A DNA stretch of 26,550 nt from a virus (lineage: Duplodnaviria > Caudoviricetes), in IMG/VR virus record IMGVR_UViG_3300030331_000654, positions 1 through 26,550 of that record. One strand, 5' to 3'. The notes below the pieces were generated by a model that was not told where the DNA came from, did no database searches, and saw only the letters and a program-made list of their open reading frames with translations. This document shows positions 8,384-15,450 of this stretch, in pieces. Each line of letters opens with the position of its first letter. Positions within the stretch are counted from its first letter, which is position 1. The position numbers were made by a program, and so were the translations under genes.

Positions 8384-8560
8384 ATGGAATTTATTGAAAA
8401 CAATTGGGTCGAGTTATTGCTTGCCCTTATAACTTTTGGTAGCACATACACAGCTTTAACGGCTACTAAAAAAGACGACGAAATACTTGACATCATCAAG
8501 AGAGTATTTAATGCTATTGTATTAGGCAAAAACACTTGTCAGAAAGATTGCGAAAAATAA
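8384..8560 (+). CDS. Holin-like small membrane protein (58 aa, MEFIENNWVELLLALITFG...TATKKDDEILD...)
   Basis: ORF not in track; one hydrophobic helix plus T.T..DD motif; adjacent to amidase; TAATG coupling to the next gene. Confidence 0.6.
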   Translation: MEFIENNWVELLLALITFGSTYTALTATKKDDEILDIIKRVFNAIVLGKNTCQKDCEK

Positions 8561-8784
8561 TGCAAAAGCAAATAATTGGCCTACTATCTAAGCTAGACCT
8601 TACCGAAATATTCCGAGACAAAGGAAAGCTTCGTAAATGGTCAGCAAAGCGCACTATTGGAGGCGTAATTGTAACCTATGCACTGACATCAATGAACGGG
8701 CAAATTGAATGGAACGGCGTTGTGTTATGTGTTGTAGGCATTGTACCACTATGCTTGTCATTCTTTGAAGGACGTAAGGCCTAG
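8560..8784 (+). CDS. Small two-helix membrane protein (holin-like)
   Basis: ATG8560 start; S.KR motif followed by two hydrophobic segments. Confidence 0.55.
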   Translation: MQKQIIGLLSKLDLTEIFRDKGKLRKWSAKRTIGGVIVTYALTSMNGQIEWNGVVLCVVGIVPLCLSFFEGRKA

Positions 8785-9523
8785 ATTAAAAGGTAAAAAG
8801 CTGAAAGCGTTTCAGCATCTTACTAAAAAGGAAAGGCGAATCCTTATTGTTGGGGATTTGCATTGCCCTTTTGATTTAGACGGATATTTAAAGTTCGTAG
8901 TTGACACTTACGAAAAGTGGAATTGTAACCAAATTATTTTAATAGGTGATTGTATTGATAATCATTATGCCTCTTTTCACCCAACCGACCCTGACGGCTT
9001 TGGCGGTGGTGAAGAACTTGACAGAGCAATCAAAAGAGTTTCAAGGTACAGAGACGCCTTCAATAAAATCTGCGATAGAAAGGTGGACGTACTAATTGGA
9101 AATCACGATCGATTGATAATGCGTCGTGCTTTTGATTCTAACATACCTGCTAGATGGATAAAATCATACAACGAAGTTTTAGGCACAGACTGGAATTGGT
9201 GCGAGCGCGTTGTTTATGACGACGTTCAGTACACACACGGCGAAGGAGGTACAGCGCGAACCCGTGCGAAGAACGACTTGATGTCGTCCGTTGGTGGGCA
9301 TATACACACACAAGCTTACTGTGAACATCTTGTTGGAAGGAAGTATCGCATATTCGCAATGCAGACTGGCTGTGGTGTAGACGCTAAAAGCTATGCTGCT
9401 GCATACGCTAAGAACTTTAAACGTCAAGCAATAGGGTGCGGCGTTGTCTTAGGTGGTCATACTGCCATAAACGTAATGATGCCTTTGGGTAAACCTAAAC
9501 CAAAGGCAGGCGTTGTTTTATAG
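8765..9523 (+). CDS. Calcineurin-like metallophosphoesterase
   Basis: GDLH, GDCID, GNHD, THG, GHIH motifs; start uncertain (TTG8765 or 8741). Confidence 0.88.
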   Translation: MKDVRPRLKGKKLKAFQHLTKKERRILIVGDLHCPFDLDGYLKFVVDTYEKWNCNQIILIGDCIDNHYASFHPTDPDGFGGGEELDRAIKRVSRYRDAFNKICDRKVDVLIGNHDRLIMRRAFDSNIPARWIKSYNEVLGTDWNWCERVVYDDVQYTHGEGGTARTRAKNDLMSSVGGHIHTQAYCEHLVGRKYRIFAMQTGCGVDAKSYAAAYAKNFKRQAIGCGVVLGGHTAINVMMPLGKPKPKAGVVL

Positions 9524-9585
9524 AGTTCGAGAACTGTCTCGTAGTGTACACAGGACGACTTAAATATCGAACTTTTTAGAAAAGA

Positions 9586-9613
9586 AAAAGCCCTCTATTA
9601 TTTGAGGGCTTTT
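9586..9613. terminator. Bidirectional intrinsic terminator
   Basis: Perfect inverted repeat AAAAGCCCTC-TATTATTT-GAGGGCTTTT between convergent genes. Confidence 0.85.
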
Positions 9614-9689
9614 AAACAACATAAACAAATGAATGCCTAAATCAATTTATTTAGATATATGACACGACAATATAAGTCATAAAACATCG

Positions 9690-10130
9690 CTAACAAAACT
9701 TATTGGTTTTTTTTCTACCGTCATAAATTACAATCATTGAACCTTTCATTGCAGGGCCTTTTACTAATTGTCCCCTATTGTTATATCCTTCAAATTTTAA
9801 CCTGCCTTGTATAAATTCTATTTTTGCTACTCCGTATATATGAGTATGAAATATCTTTGTGTCTGTACTAGCAGGCAATAGCATAACACACAATTTGCCA
9901 TTCATACTCTCTCTATACGCTTTCTTAATAAAGTCTTCTTTTAGTTTGCGTGAGTACGGAGGATTTACAAAGTTACGCTGTCCCCATTCTATTTTTAATC
10001 CGTCCCATTTTGTCAAATCGTGTTGAAAAGGGCAAGGGTCAAAATCAAAGTTAAATCGCTTATTTAACTTGTCGTAAAAATTTTTTGGCGTTTTCCAATC
10101 GTCTGGCTGTAAAGGTCTTTGTGCTTTCAT
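9690..10130 (-). CDS. DNA N6-adenine methyltransferase, phage Dam family
   Basis: DDW.TP, FDFDPC, DGL..EW, FVNPPYS, VMLLPASTDT, FI.GRLKF; start at MKAQRP (10130) coupled to the upstream peptide. Confidence 0.88.
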   Translation of the reverse strand: MKAQRPLQPDDWKTPKNFYDKLNKRFNFDFDPCPFQHDLTKWDGLKIEWGQRNFVNPPYSRKLKEDFIKKAYRESMNGKLCVMLLPASTDTKIFHTHIYGVAKIEFIQGRLKFEGYNNRGQLVKGPAMKGSMIVIYDGRKKTNKFC

Positions 10131-10222
10131 TTTAATAAGTGCATTGTAAATAGGATCGCAAGTAAAAGAATAAGACAAGTAATAAACTTGTTAATGGGTG
10201 AAGATGGGTCTGAAGTAATCAT
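10127..10222 (-). CDS. 31-aa membrane peptide MITSDPSSPINKFITCLILLLAILFTMHLLK
   Basis: ORF not in track; ATGA overlap with MTase start; lies just downstream of a TATATTTG element. Confidence 0.55.
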   Translation of the reverse strand: MITSDPSSPINKFITCLILLLAILFTMHLLK

Positions 10223-10238
10223 TGTTTATGGGTTTTTG

Positions 10239-10246
10239 CAAATATA
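10239..10246 (-). promoter_or_regulatory. Bacteroidota-type -7 element TATATTTG (leftward promoter)
   Basis: Exact TAnnTTTG match 16 nt upstream of ATG10222; no clear -33 TTTG. Confidence 0.6.
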
Positions 10247-10282
10247 AACAAATAAAAGTTAAATAAAAATAAAGATTATCTT

Positions 10283-10312
10283 TTGCTTTTATAGAAAGTT
10301 AGTTGTATATTG
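10283..10312 (+). promoter_or_regulatory. Rightward early promoter TTGC-N19-TATATTG
   Basis: Resembles Bacteroidota -33/-7 consensus; same spacing as 13410; start of the early operon. Confidence 0.55.
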
Positions 10313-10344
10313 CGGTATAATTAAACAACAAAAAACAAATCAAA

Positions 10345-10482
10345 ATGACTTTAGACGATTTAATAAAACAAACTGAAGAAAACATCAAGTACCATCAACA
10401 ACGACTTGAAGAAGAAGCAACAAAGTTAGATGCGTATTACACAGCCCGTGACGCTAAAGCTGATAATCCATATACAAAATGA
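10345..10482 (+). CDS. Hypothetical early protein (45 aa, MTLDDLIKQTEENIKYHQQRLEE...)
   Basis: A-rich leader, coiled-coil-like, ATGA overlap with next ORF. Confidence 0.7.
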   Translation: MTLDDLIKQTEENIKYHQQRLEEEATKLDAYYTARDAKADNPYTK

Positions 10483-10628
10483 GAACGATATATCCAAATG
10501 AACCAATTAAAGACTTTAAAGAATGGCGAGAATACATACGTCAACAAGTCTTAGACGCTAATGAACGTCGTGTTATAGCAGAATTTATTGAGGACATCAA
10601 GACTTCAACAACACCTAAGAAACAATGA
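10479..10628 (+). CDS. Hypothetical early protein (49 aa, MRTIYPNEPIKDFKEWREYIRQQ...)
   Basis: ATGA overlaps at both ends. Confidence 0.7.
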   Translation: MRTIYPNEPIKDFKEWREYIRQQVLDANERRVIAEFIEDIKTSTTPKKQ

Positions 10629-11083
10629 GCAAAGTATTAGTAAACATATCAAATGAATACGGTTACACTATAACAGGTGTAGAAGGTGAAGACCTAGACG
10701 TTGGTGGCTGTGCATTAACTGCGCCTGGTTTAACTGACATAGATCTAAACAAGACTTATGATAAAATGATTACACTAATGGTAGACGGATATTATGTTGG
10801 CTTTGCTGGCGTTGCATCTGCTGTTAGTTACATTAACAAAGCTGAAAAGAACAAAAAGATAAGCAACATAACATTTTGGAATGACAAAGATTGTATCTAC
10901 GGCTTAAAGTTTAGATACTTAGTAGGCAAAGAAGATCCTAACGACTTGCTTAACACAGAAAAAGATAAGGAGATTTTTCCTACTACAAAAGCAAAGAAAG
11001 ATTATCTTTCGAGGGTTACGGGCCAAAAGCTAAAACGCTCAATTAACAAATACGAAATAAATTATAAACCTTTTAACTATTAA
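10625..11083 (+). CDS. Hypothetical protein
   Basis: 152-aa ORF tightly packed in the operon; no motif recognised. Confidence 0.75.
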   Translation: MSKVLVNISNEYGYTITGVEGEDLDVGGCALTAPGLTDIDLNKTYDKMITLMVDGYYVGFAGVASAVSYINKAEKNKKISNITFWNDKDCIYGLKFRYLVGKEDPNDLLNTEKDKEIFPTTKAKKDYLSRVTGQKLKRSINKYEINYKPFNY

Positions 11084-11085
11084 TT

Positions 11086-11586
11086 ATGGATTTATCACAA
11101 GTAAAAACTATAAGCTCAATACAAGGCGCAGGAACTTACGAAAGCGCACACGGTCTTTTGTATTCGTTTGATTATGAATTTGAAGACAACACTTCAATTC
11201 GTGCAAATCACAAATCACAAGAATCTCCATTTAAAGTTGGCGATCAGGTTAATGTTATTGTCAAAGGAACAAAAGAAGATTTTAGTTGGGGATCAGTACA
11301 AAAAAAGATGGATGGCTTTGAGTTTGGACATAAAGAATCAACAACAACATCAACATCTAATTCTGTTGCTAGATTTCACGAAAGAGACGATCGCAGACAG
11401 CATTTAATTATGAATCAATGGGCAATCAAAACAGCAATTGATTGCGAATTAAGTCTTGTATCGCCAGACAAGTTTGAATTACGAAATGCTATTGCAATAG
11501 CTAAAATGTTAAAAAAGCACGCTCTTGATTTGGACAATGTAGACGTTACTTTGCAAGCTGACGAACCAATTCAAAAACCGTTCTAA
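11086..11586 (+). CDS. Putative ssDNA-binding protein
   Basis: Beta-rich OB-like N-terminus (FKVGDQV.V), low-complexity linker, C-terminus ending DEPIQKPF. Confidence 0.45.
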   Translation: MDLSQVKTISSIQGAGTYESAHGLLYSFDYEFEDNTSIRANHKSQESPFKVGDQVNVIVKGTKEDFSWGSVQKKMDGFEFGHKESTTTSTSNSVARFHERDDRRQHLIMNQWAIKTAIDCELSLVSPDKFELRNAIAIAKMLKKHALDLDNVDVTLQADEPIQKPF

Positions 11587-11816
11587 TGAAACATAAATCA
11601 GACTTCCACGAATTTATAGGCAAACACTATGGAACACAAAGGCGAATGGCTAAGTCTCTAGGTGTTACACCAGAGACTGTAAGATCTTGGATAAAGACAA
11701 ACCCAAGAGGAATGTTAAAATACTCACCTGAAATAGTAAAGGATAAAAATGTTACAGCATCACAAATAGTTTGGGAAGTTGTTTATAGAGAAAAAGAGCT
11801 TAAAAATAATGCTTGA
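11586..11816 (+). CDS. HTH DNA-binding protein (Cro-like)
   Basis: TQRRMAKSLGVTPETVRSW helix-turn-helix; immediately before the initiator. Confidence 0.75.
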   Translation: MKHKSDFHEFIGKHYGTQRRMAKSLGVTPETVRSWIKTNPRGMLKYSPEIVKDKNVTASQIVWEVVYREKELKNNA

Positions 11817-12495
11817 TTATTTTACTTTTGCTAGTGAGGACGCTAAACAATACGGAGTGGATGAAGCTATTATGCTTCACCACATCCGCTATTGGGTAGC
11901 TAAGAATGAAGCTAACGACAGAAACTTTCACGAAGGTAGATACTGGACATACAACAGTCAGTCAGCTTTTGCTAAGTTGTTTCCGTTTTGGACTGCTAGA
12001 AAGATAGGCCGACTACTTACAAAGCTTGAAGAAAAAGGCGCAATAATATCAGGAAATTTTAACGACAAAAGATACGACCGTACTAAGTGGTTTACTTTGA
12101 CAAATGCAATTGACAATTTAAGTAGTATGCATATGTCAAATATGACAAATGGATATGTCAAAAATGACTCACCTATACCAGATAACTACCAAGAGACTAA
12201 ACAAAATACAACACATATAGTGTTGCCATTTGACTCAGATTTGTTTAAAGAAAGTTGGACACTATGGAAAAAGTATAAGAAAGAAGAACATAAATTTGGC
12301 TACAAGTCAGCAGTATCAGAACAAGCTGCGTTAAAGAAATTAAGCAATCTATCTAACAACAACGAACAAGATGCAATCGAACTTATCGAACACGCCATTG
12401 CACAAGGCTGGAAAGGATTCTACAATAACAGAACAAGCACAAAAAATAAAACTTTCGATCAAGAGAAGTTTTTTAACCATATCGAATCACTCTAA
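11809..12495 (+). CDS. Replication initiator / replisome organiser
   Basis: A.QYGV.EAI.L..I.YW...N, EGRYWTYNS, LFPFW, GNFN...YDRTKW N-domain; W..YK......YK...GWKG C-domain; internal repeats; ATG11809 preferred. Confidence 0.78.
   Translation: MLDYFTFASEDAKQYGVDEAIMLHHIRYWVAKNEANDRNFHEGRYWTYNSQSAFAKLFPFWTARKIGRLLTKLEEKGAIISGNFNDKRYDRTKWFTLTNAIDNLSSMHMSNMTNGYVKNDSPIPDNYQETKQNTTHIVLPFDSDLFKESWTLWKKYKKEEHKFGYKSAVSEQAALKKLSNLSNNNEQDAIELIEHAIAQGWKGFYNNRTSTKNKTFDQEKFFNHIESL
12098..12168. repeat. Iteron-like repeats (putative origin) inside the initiator gene
   Basis: ATATGTCAAATATGAC (12131) and ATATGTCAAAAATGAC (12153), 22-bp period; TGACAAATG at 12098 and 12143. Confidence 0.65.
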
Positions 12496-13018
12496 TTTAT
12501 CACTAAGTGATGCTTGGCACTTAGGTACAAATGTAAGGTCTGCATACAAGCACGAACCTAAAATGACTATTGTTGGTCTAACGGCATTGCTTAAAGATGC
12601 TCTAGACTATTTAGAAATGAATAAAAGCTTTAGGCACGAAGGCGATTATATAGACGCAGTTACATATTTAATTGAACAATTTCCAGCAATGAAATTAGAA
12701 GAATGGAAAGTGATTACTAAAAGATTAAAAGCTGGATATTATGGCAAATTGTACGAAAGACTAAAGCTTCCTGAACTTGTAGAAATATTTCAGCAACACG
12801 AAGGCGAACGAGGCGATATGATCGAAAACAACTACAACAGACAAAAAGTAGTATATAAACAAGAAGCTGCACAAAAAGCAAAGCAAGAACCACTAACAAA
12901 GGAACAACTAAAAAAGTGGCAAGAATTTAAAGATAAATTAAACTTACCTGAATCTGACGTTGACGATAAAGGACGATGGAAGTTTATCGTACACCCTAAT
13001 TCAACACCCGATGAATGA
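12371..13018 (+). CDS. Hypothetical replication protein, possibly a helicase loader
   Basis: Follows the initiator; F..MKLEE.......KAG.YG.LYERL motif; start uncertain (125-bp overlap). Confidence 0.55.
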   Translation: MQSNLSNTPLHKAGKDSTITEQAQKIKLSIKRSFLTISNHSNLSLSDAWHLGTNVRSAYKHEPKMTIVGLTALLKDALDYLEMNKSFRHEGDYIDAVTYLIEQFPAMKLEEWKVITKRLKAGYYGKLYERLKLPELVEIFQQHEGERGDMIENNYNRQKVVYKQEAAQKAKQEPLTKEQLKKWQEFKDKLNLPESDVDDKGRWKFIVHPNSTPDE

Positions 13019-13409
13019 ACTCAGCACAATAGGAATAATAAACAAAAACAACCCAACAAGTTTACGCTTGGTAAAAGACAAGCATTGTTCCTATGACGCA
13101 GAGGACGACCTACACATTGTAGAAATTAAAAACAGACGTTCGTACTATCCGACTAAAATGATTGAGGCTATGAAGTTGTTTGCAAATTATCAGAAAGCAC
13201 AACTGAAGAAGAAGTTTTTTATATATGTAGTGACAGACGAAAAAGGTCTCTACACTTTTAACATATCAAAACACATTGACACAATTATTGCATCTGGTTT
13301 GGTAAAAAAAGAACAGCCAAGCAAGACAGACTTTAAAGGAGGCAAGACAATAATTAAATACTACTACAACCTGGACGAAGATCTTTCGTCATTTACTTAT
13401 CCCCAATAG
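13011..13409 (+). CDS. Putative PD-(D/E)XK nuclease
   Basis: YDA......VEIKNR motif; ATG13011 preferred. Confidence 0.55.
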   Translation: MNELSTIGIINKNNPTSLRLVKDKHCSYDAEDDLHIVEIKNRRSYYPTKMIEAMKLFANYQKAQLKKKFFIYVVTDEKGLYTFNISKHIDTIIASGLVKKEQPSKTDFKGGKTIIKYYYNLDEDLSSFTYPQ

Positions 13410-13439
13410 TTGCAAAATACTTTGAATTGTTTTATATAG
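13410..13439 (+). promoter_or_regulatory. Putative promoter TTGC-N19-TATATAG
   Basis: Fills the only intergenic gap here; architecture identical to 10283. Confidence 0.45.
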
Positions 13440-13446
13440 TCCAACT

Positions 13447-13578
13447 ATGGAAGGACTTGTTATTGCTATGGTGATTTTAGCGTTCGTAGACATAGGCGTA
13501 GAATACTACTTGTACCAAGGACTTAGAGTTAACGAAGCAATTATTGCTTTACTTGGTATTTTGTATTTATGCCTGTAA
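13447..13578 (+). CDS. 43-aa two-helix membrane protein (MEGLVIAMVILAFVDIGVEYYLYQGLRVNEAIIALLGILYLCL)
   Basis: ORF not in track; fills the gap and overlaps the NinG start. Confidence 0.65.
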   Translation: MEGLVIAMVILAFVDIGVEYYLYQGLRVNEAIIALLGILYLCL

Positions 13579-13946
13579 AGCGATCAACACTAATTAAAAA
13601 ACTTGACAAGGTTTTTAGTCAATACATAAGACTAAAAGACGCTGATCACGCAGGTTATGTTAATTGTTTTACTTGTGGCGTAACAAAAAATTGGCGTGAA
13701 GTAGACGCTGGGCATTTTCAGTCGAGAGGTAAATACGCAACACGTTGGCACGAAGATAATGTAAAGCCACAATGTAAACGATGTAATGGTTTTAGAGGTG
13801 GTGAGCAGTATCAGTTTGCGCTTAAACTTGGAACTGACTTAGCTGATCAACTTGTTGTACTAAGCAACCAACCTGCTAGATTTACTAACGACGAGTTGTT
13901 AGAAAAAATTAAAAACTACCAACAGGAAGTAAAAAAACTTTTGTAA
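13569..13946 (+). CDS. ninG: NinG/Rap-like recombination endonuclease
   Basis: LDKVFSQYIRLKD, CFTCG, DAGHF.SR....TRW...NV..QC..CN. Confidence 0.85.
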   Translation: MPVKRSTLIKKLDKVFSQYIRLKDADHAGYVNCFTCGVTKNWREVDAGHFQSRGKYATRWHEDNVKPQCKRCNGFRGGEQYQFALKLGTDLADQLVVLSNQPARFTNDELLEKIKNYQQEVKKLL

Positions 13947-13949
13947 GCT

Positions 13950-14504
13950 TTGGGTGTGGTTCAAAAGTATATAAGGGAAAACTATGGTGCGATAATAGAA
14001 ATTGCTAAAGTTATCACGCAAGGACGACACCCAGATTACGAAGACTTAGCACACGAAGTAATTGTGATGGTGCTTGAAGCTAACCGCGACAAGATGCAAA
14101 AAATAGTTGCAAAAAATCAAATGCGCTTTTGGATAATACGATTATGTATAAACAACTATCGTAGCTCAACAAGTCGTTATCATTACAAATACAGAAAGCC
14201 AAATGAAAGACACAAACAAGCGACCGAACATCTAAATCACTTACATAAATTAAACGACATAGATCAAAAGAAGTGGAACGAAGTGTTGTTAGATTTTATT
14301 GAAGACAAACTTAAAGATGTAGATTGGTTTGAAAAAAATTGCTTTGCTATTTACTACGGCGATAGACATTCACTTAATTCAATGGCAAAAGAAACGGGCA
14401 TAAGTAGAAACACGTTGTATCGTGCTATTCGAGATGTCAGAAATTACATACAAAATGAAATCAAAAAGCAAGGGCTTAGGCGACACTATTCAAAAAATAA
14501 CTGA
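13950..14504 (+). CDS. RNA polymerase sigma-70/ECF-like factor
   Basis: Region-2-like DYEDLAHEV; region-4 HTH SLNSMAKETGISRNTLYRAI. Confidence 0.7.
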   Translation: MGVVQKYIRENYGAIIEIAKVITQGRHPDYEDLAHEVIVMVLEANRDKMQKIVAKNQMRFWIIRLCINNYRSSTSRYHYKYRKPNERHKQATEHLNHLHKLNDIDQKKWNEVLLDFIEDKLKDVDWFEKNCFAIYYGDRHSLNSMAKETGISRNTLYRAIRDVRNYIQNEIKKQGLRRHYSKNN

Positions 14505-14829
14505 AGCAACAGGAGTTGAAAAAGTAGTCAAGAAGTTTTTTGGCGAAGATTGTGGGTGCGACAAAAGACGCGACCGTCTAAATAAAATGTTTCCCTATCG
14601 TCAAATAAAAGAAATGACAGAAGAACAATACAACTTTTTTAAAGATGTGTTGCAACCTGCATATCGAGGACACAAAAATTTAAAAGGTGAAAATTCAAAA
14701 TACTTTTACAAAATGTACAATGACATCTTTGGCAAAAATATGAAAATAACTAAATGCACTTCGTGTAATAAAAATATGTATATTGAACTACTAAAAGTAT
14801 TTGAAGCGCAATGTACAAATGACGAATAA
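14455..14829 (+). CDS. Hypothetical Cys-containing protein
   Basis: SKGLGDTI.KIT.ATG, DCGCDKRR..LN and CTSC motifs; ATG14455 preferred. Confidence 0.75.
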   Translation: MKSKSKGLGDTIQKITEATGVEKVVKKFFGEDCGCDKRRDRLNKMFPYRQIKEMTEEQYNFFKDVLQPAYRGHKNLKGENSKYFYKMYNDIFGKNMKITKCTSCNKNMYIELLKVFEAQCTNDE

Positions 14830-15166
14830 TTTTTATCTTAACGTGGGTTATTTATACGACAAGGACGGTAAGGCGCAACGAGAACTTACAAAAAGTAAAG
14901 CGTTAGATCTAACAAAGAGACGAGTTAAACTTATGGGTTACAAGTGGAAAGAACTTGAAGGGCCTGAACGATACCGATATTTAACTGATATGCGAAAGGT
15001 GGTATGTACATATCTTTACGACAACCGTTGGACATTTCCACAAATTGGAAAGCTGTTAAAGATGGATCATTCGTCGGTTATTTATCACCGTCGCACATTC
15101 AACGAACTACTACAAACCGACGACCAAATGCAAACACTTTGGCTACAATTTAAAAATACATTATGA
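14819..15166 (+). CDS. DnaA C-terminal-like HTH protein
   Basis: R.V..YL......FPQIGKLLKMDHSSVIY resembles DnaA domain IV (IG..F.RDHTTV). Confidence 0.7.
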   Translation: MTNNFYLNVGYLYDKDGKAQRELTKSKALDLTKRRVKLMGYKWKELEGPERYRYLTDMRKVVCTYLYDNRWTFPQIGKLLKMDHSSVIYHRRTFNELLQTDDQMQTLWLQFKNTL

Positions 15167-15450
15167 GCGCACGAAAAGCTAAACGTCACATCAACGAATC
15201 TGACGACTATCTTGTTTTAACACGAAAGCGAGATGTAATAAACGTAGACCACAAGGACAACGATTCGTTGAATATTATATTGGACTTAGCAGTTGCTAAC
15301 AAACACTTCCTAGATTTGCTAAAGTCTGTAATCAAATCAGTAGATGAATATACAAAGCAAGAAAATACCGATAAGCCAGATTCAAGTAGATCCGAAGAAC
15401 CCAAGGATTCTAAACAAGACGCAATTCAAGAAGCTGAAGTCATCGATTGA
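15163..15450 (+). CDS. Hypothetical protein
   Basis: 95-aa ORF with ATGA coupling; its tail overlaps the MTase gene. Confidence 0.65.
   Translation: MSARKAKRHINESDDYLVLTRKRDVINVDHKDNDSLNIILDLAVANKHFLDLLKSVIKSVDEYTKQENTDKPDSSRSEEPKDSKQDAIQEAEVID

Noticed and set aside
7172-9427. Antisense ORFs 7172-7423, 8115-8309, 9150-9359, 9179-9427
   Set aside because: Wholly within well-supported + strand genes.
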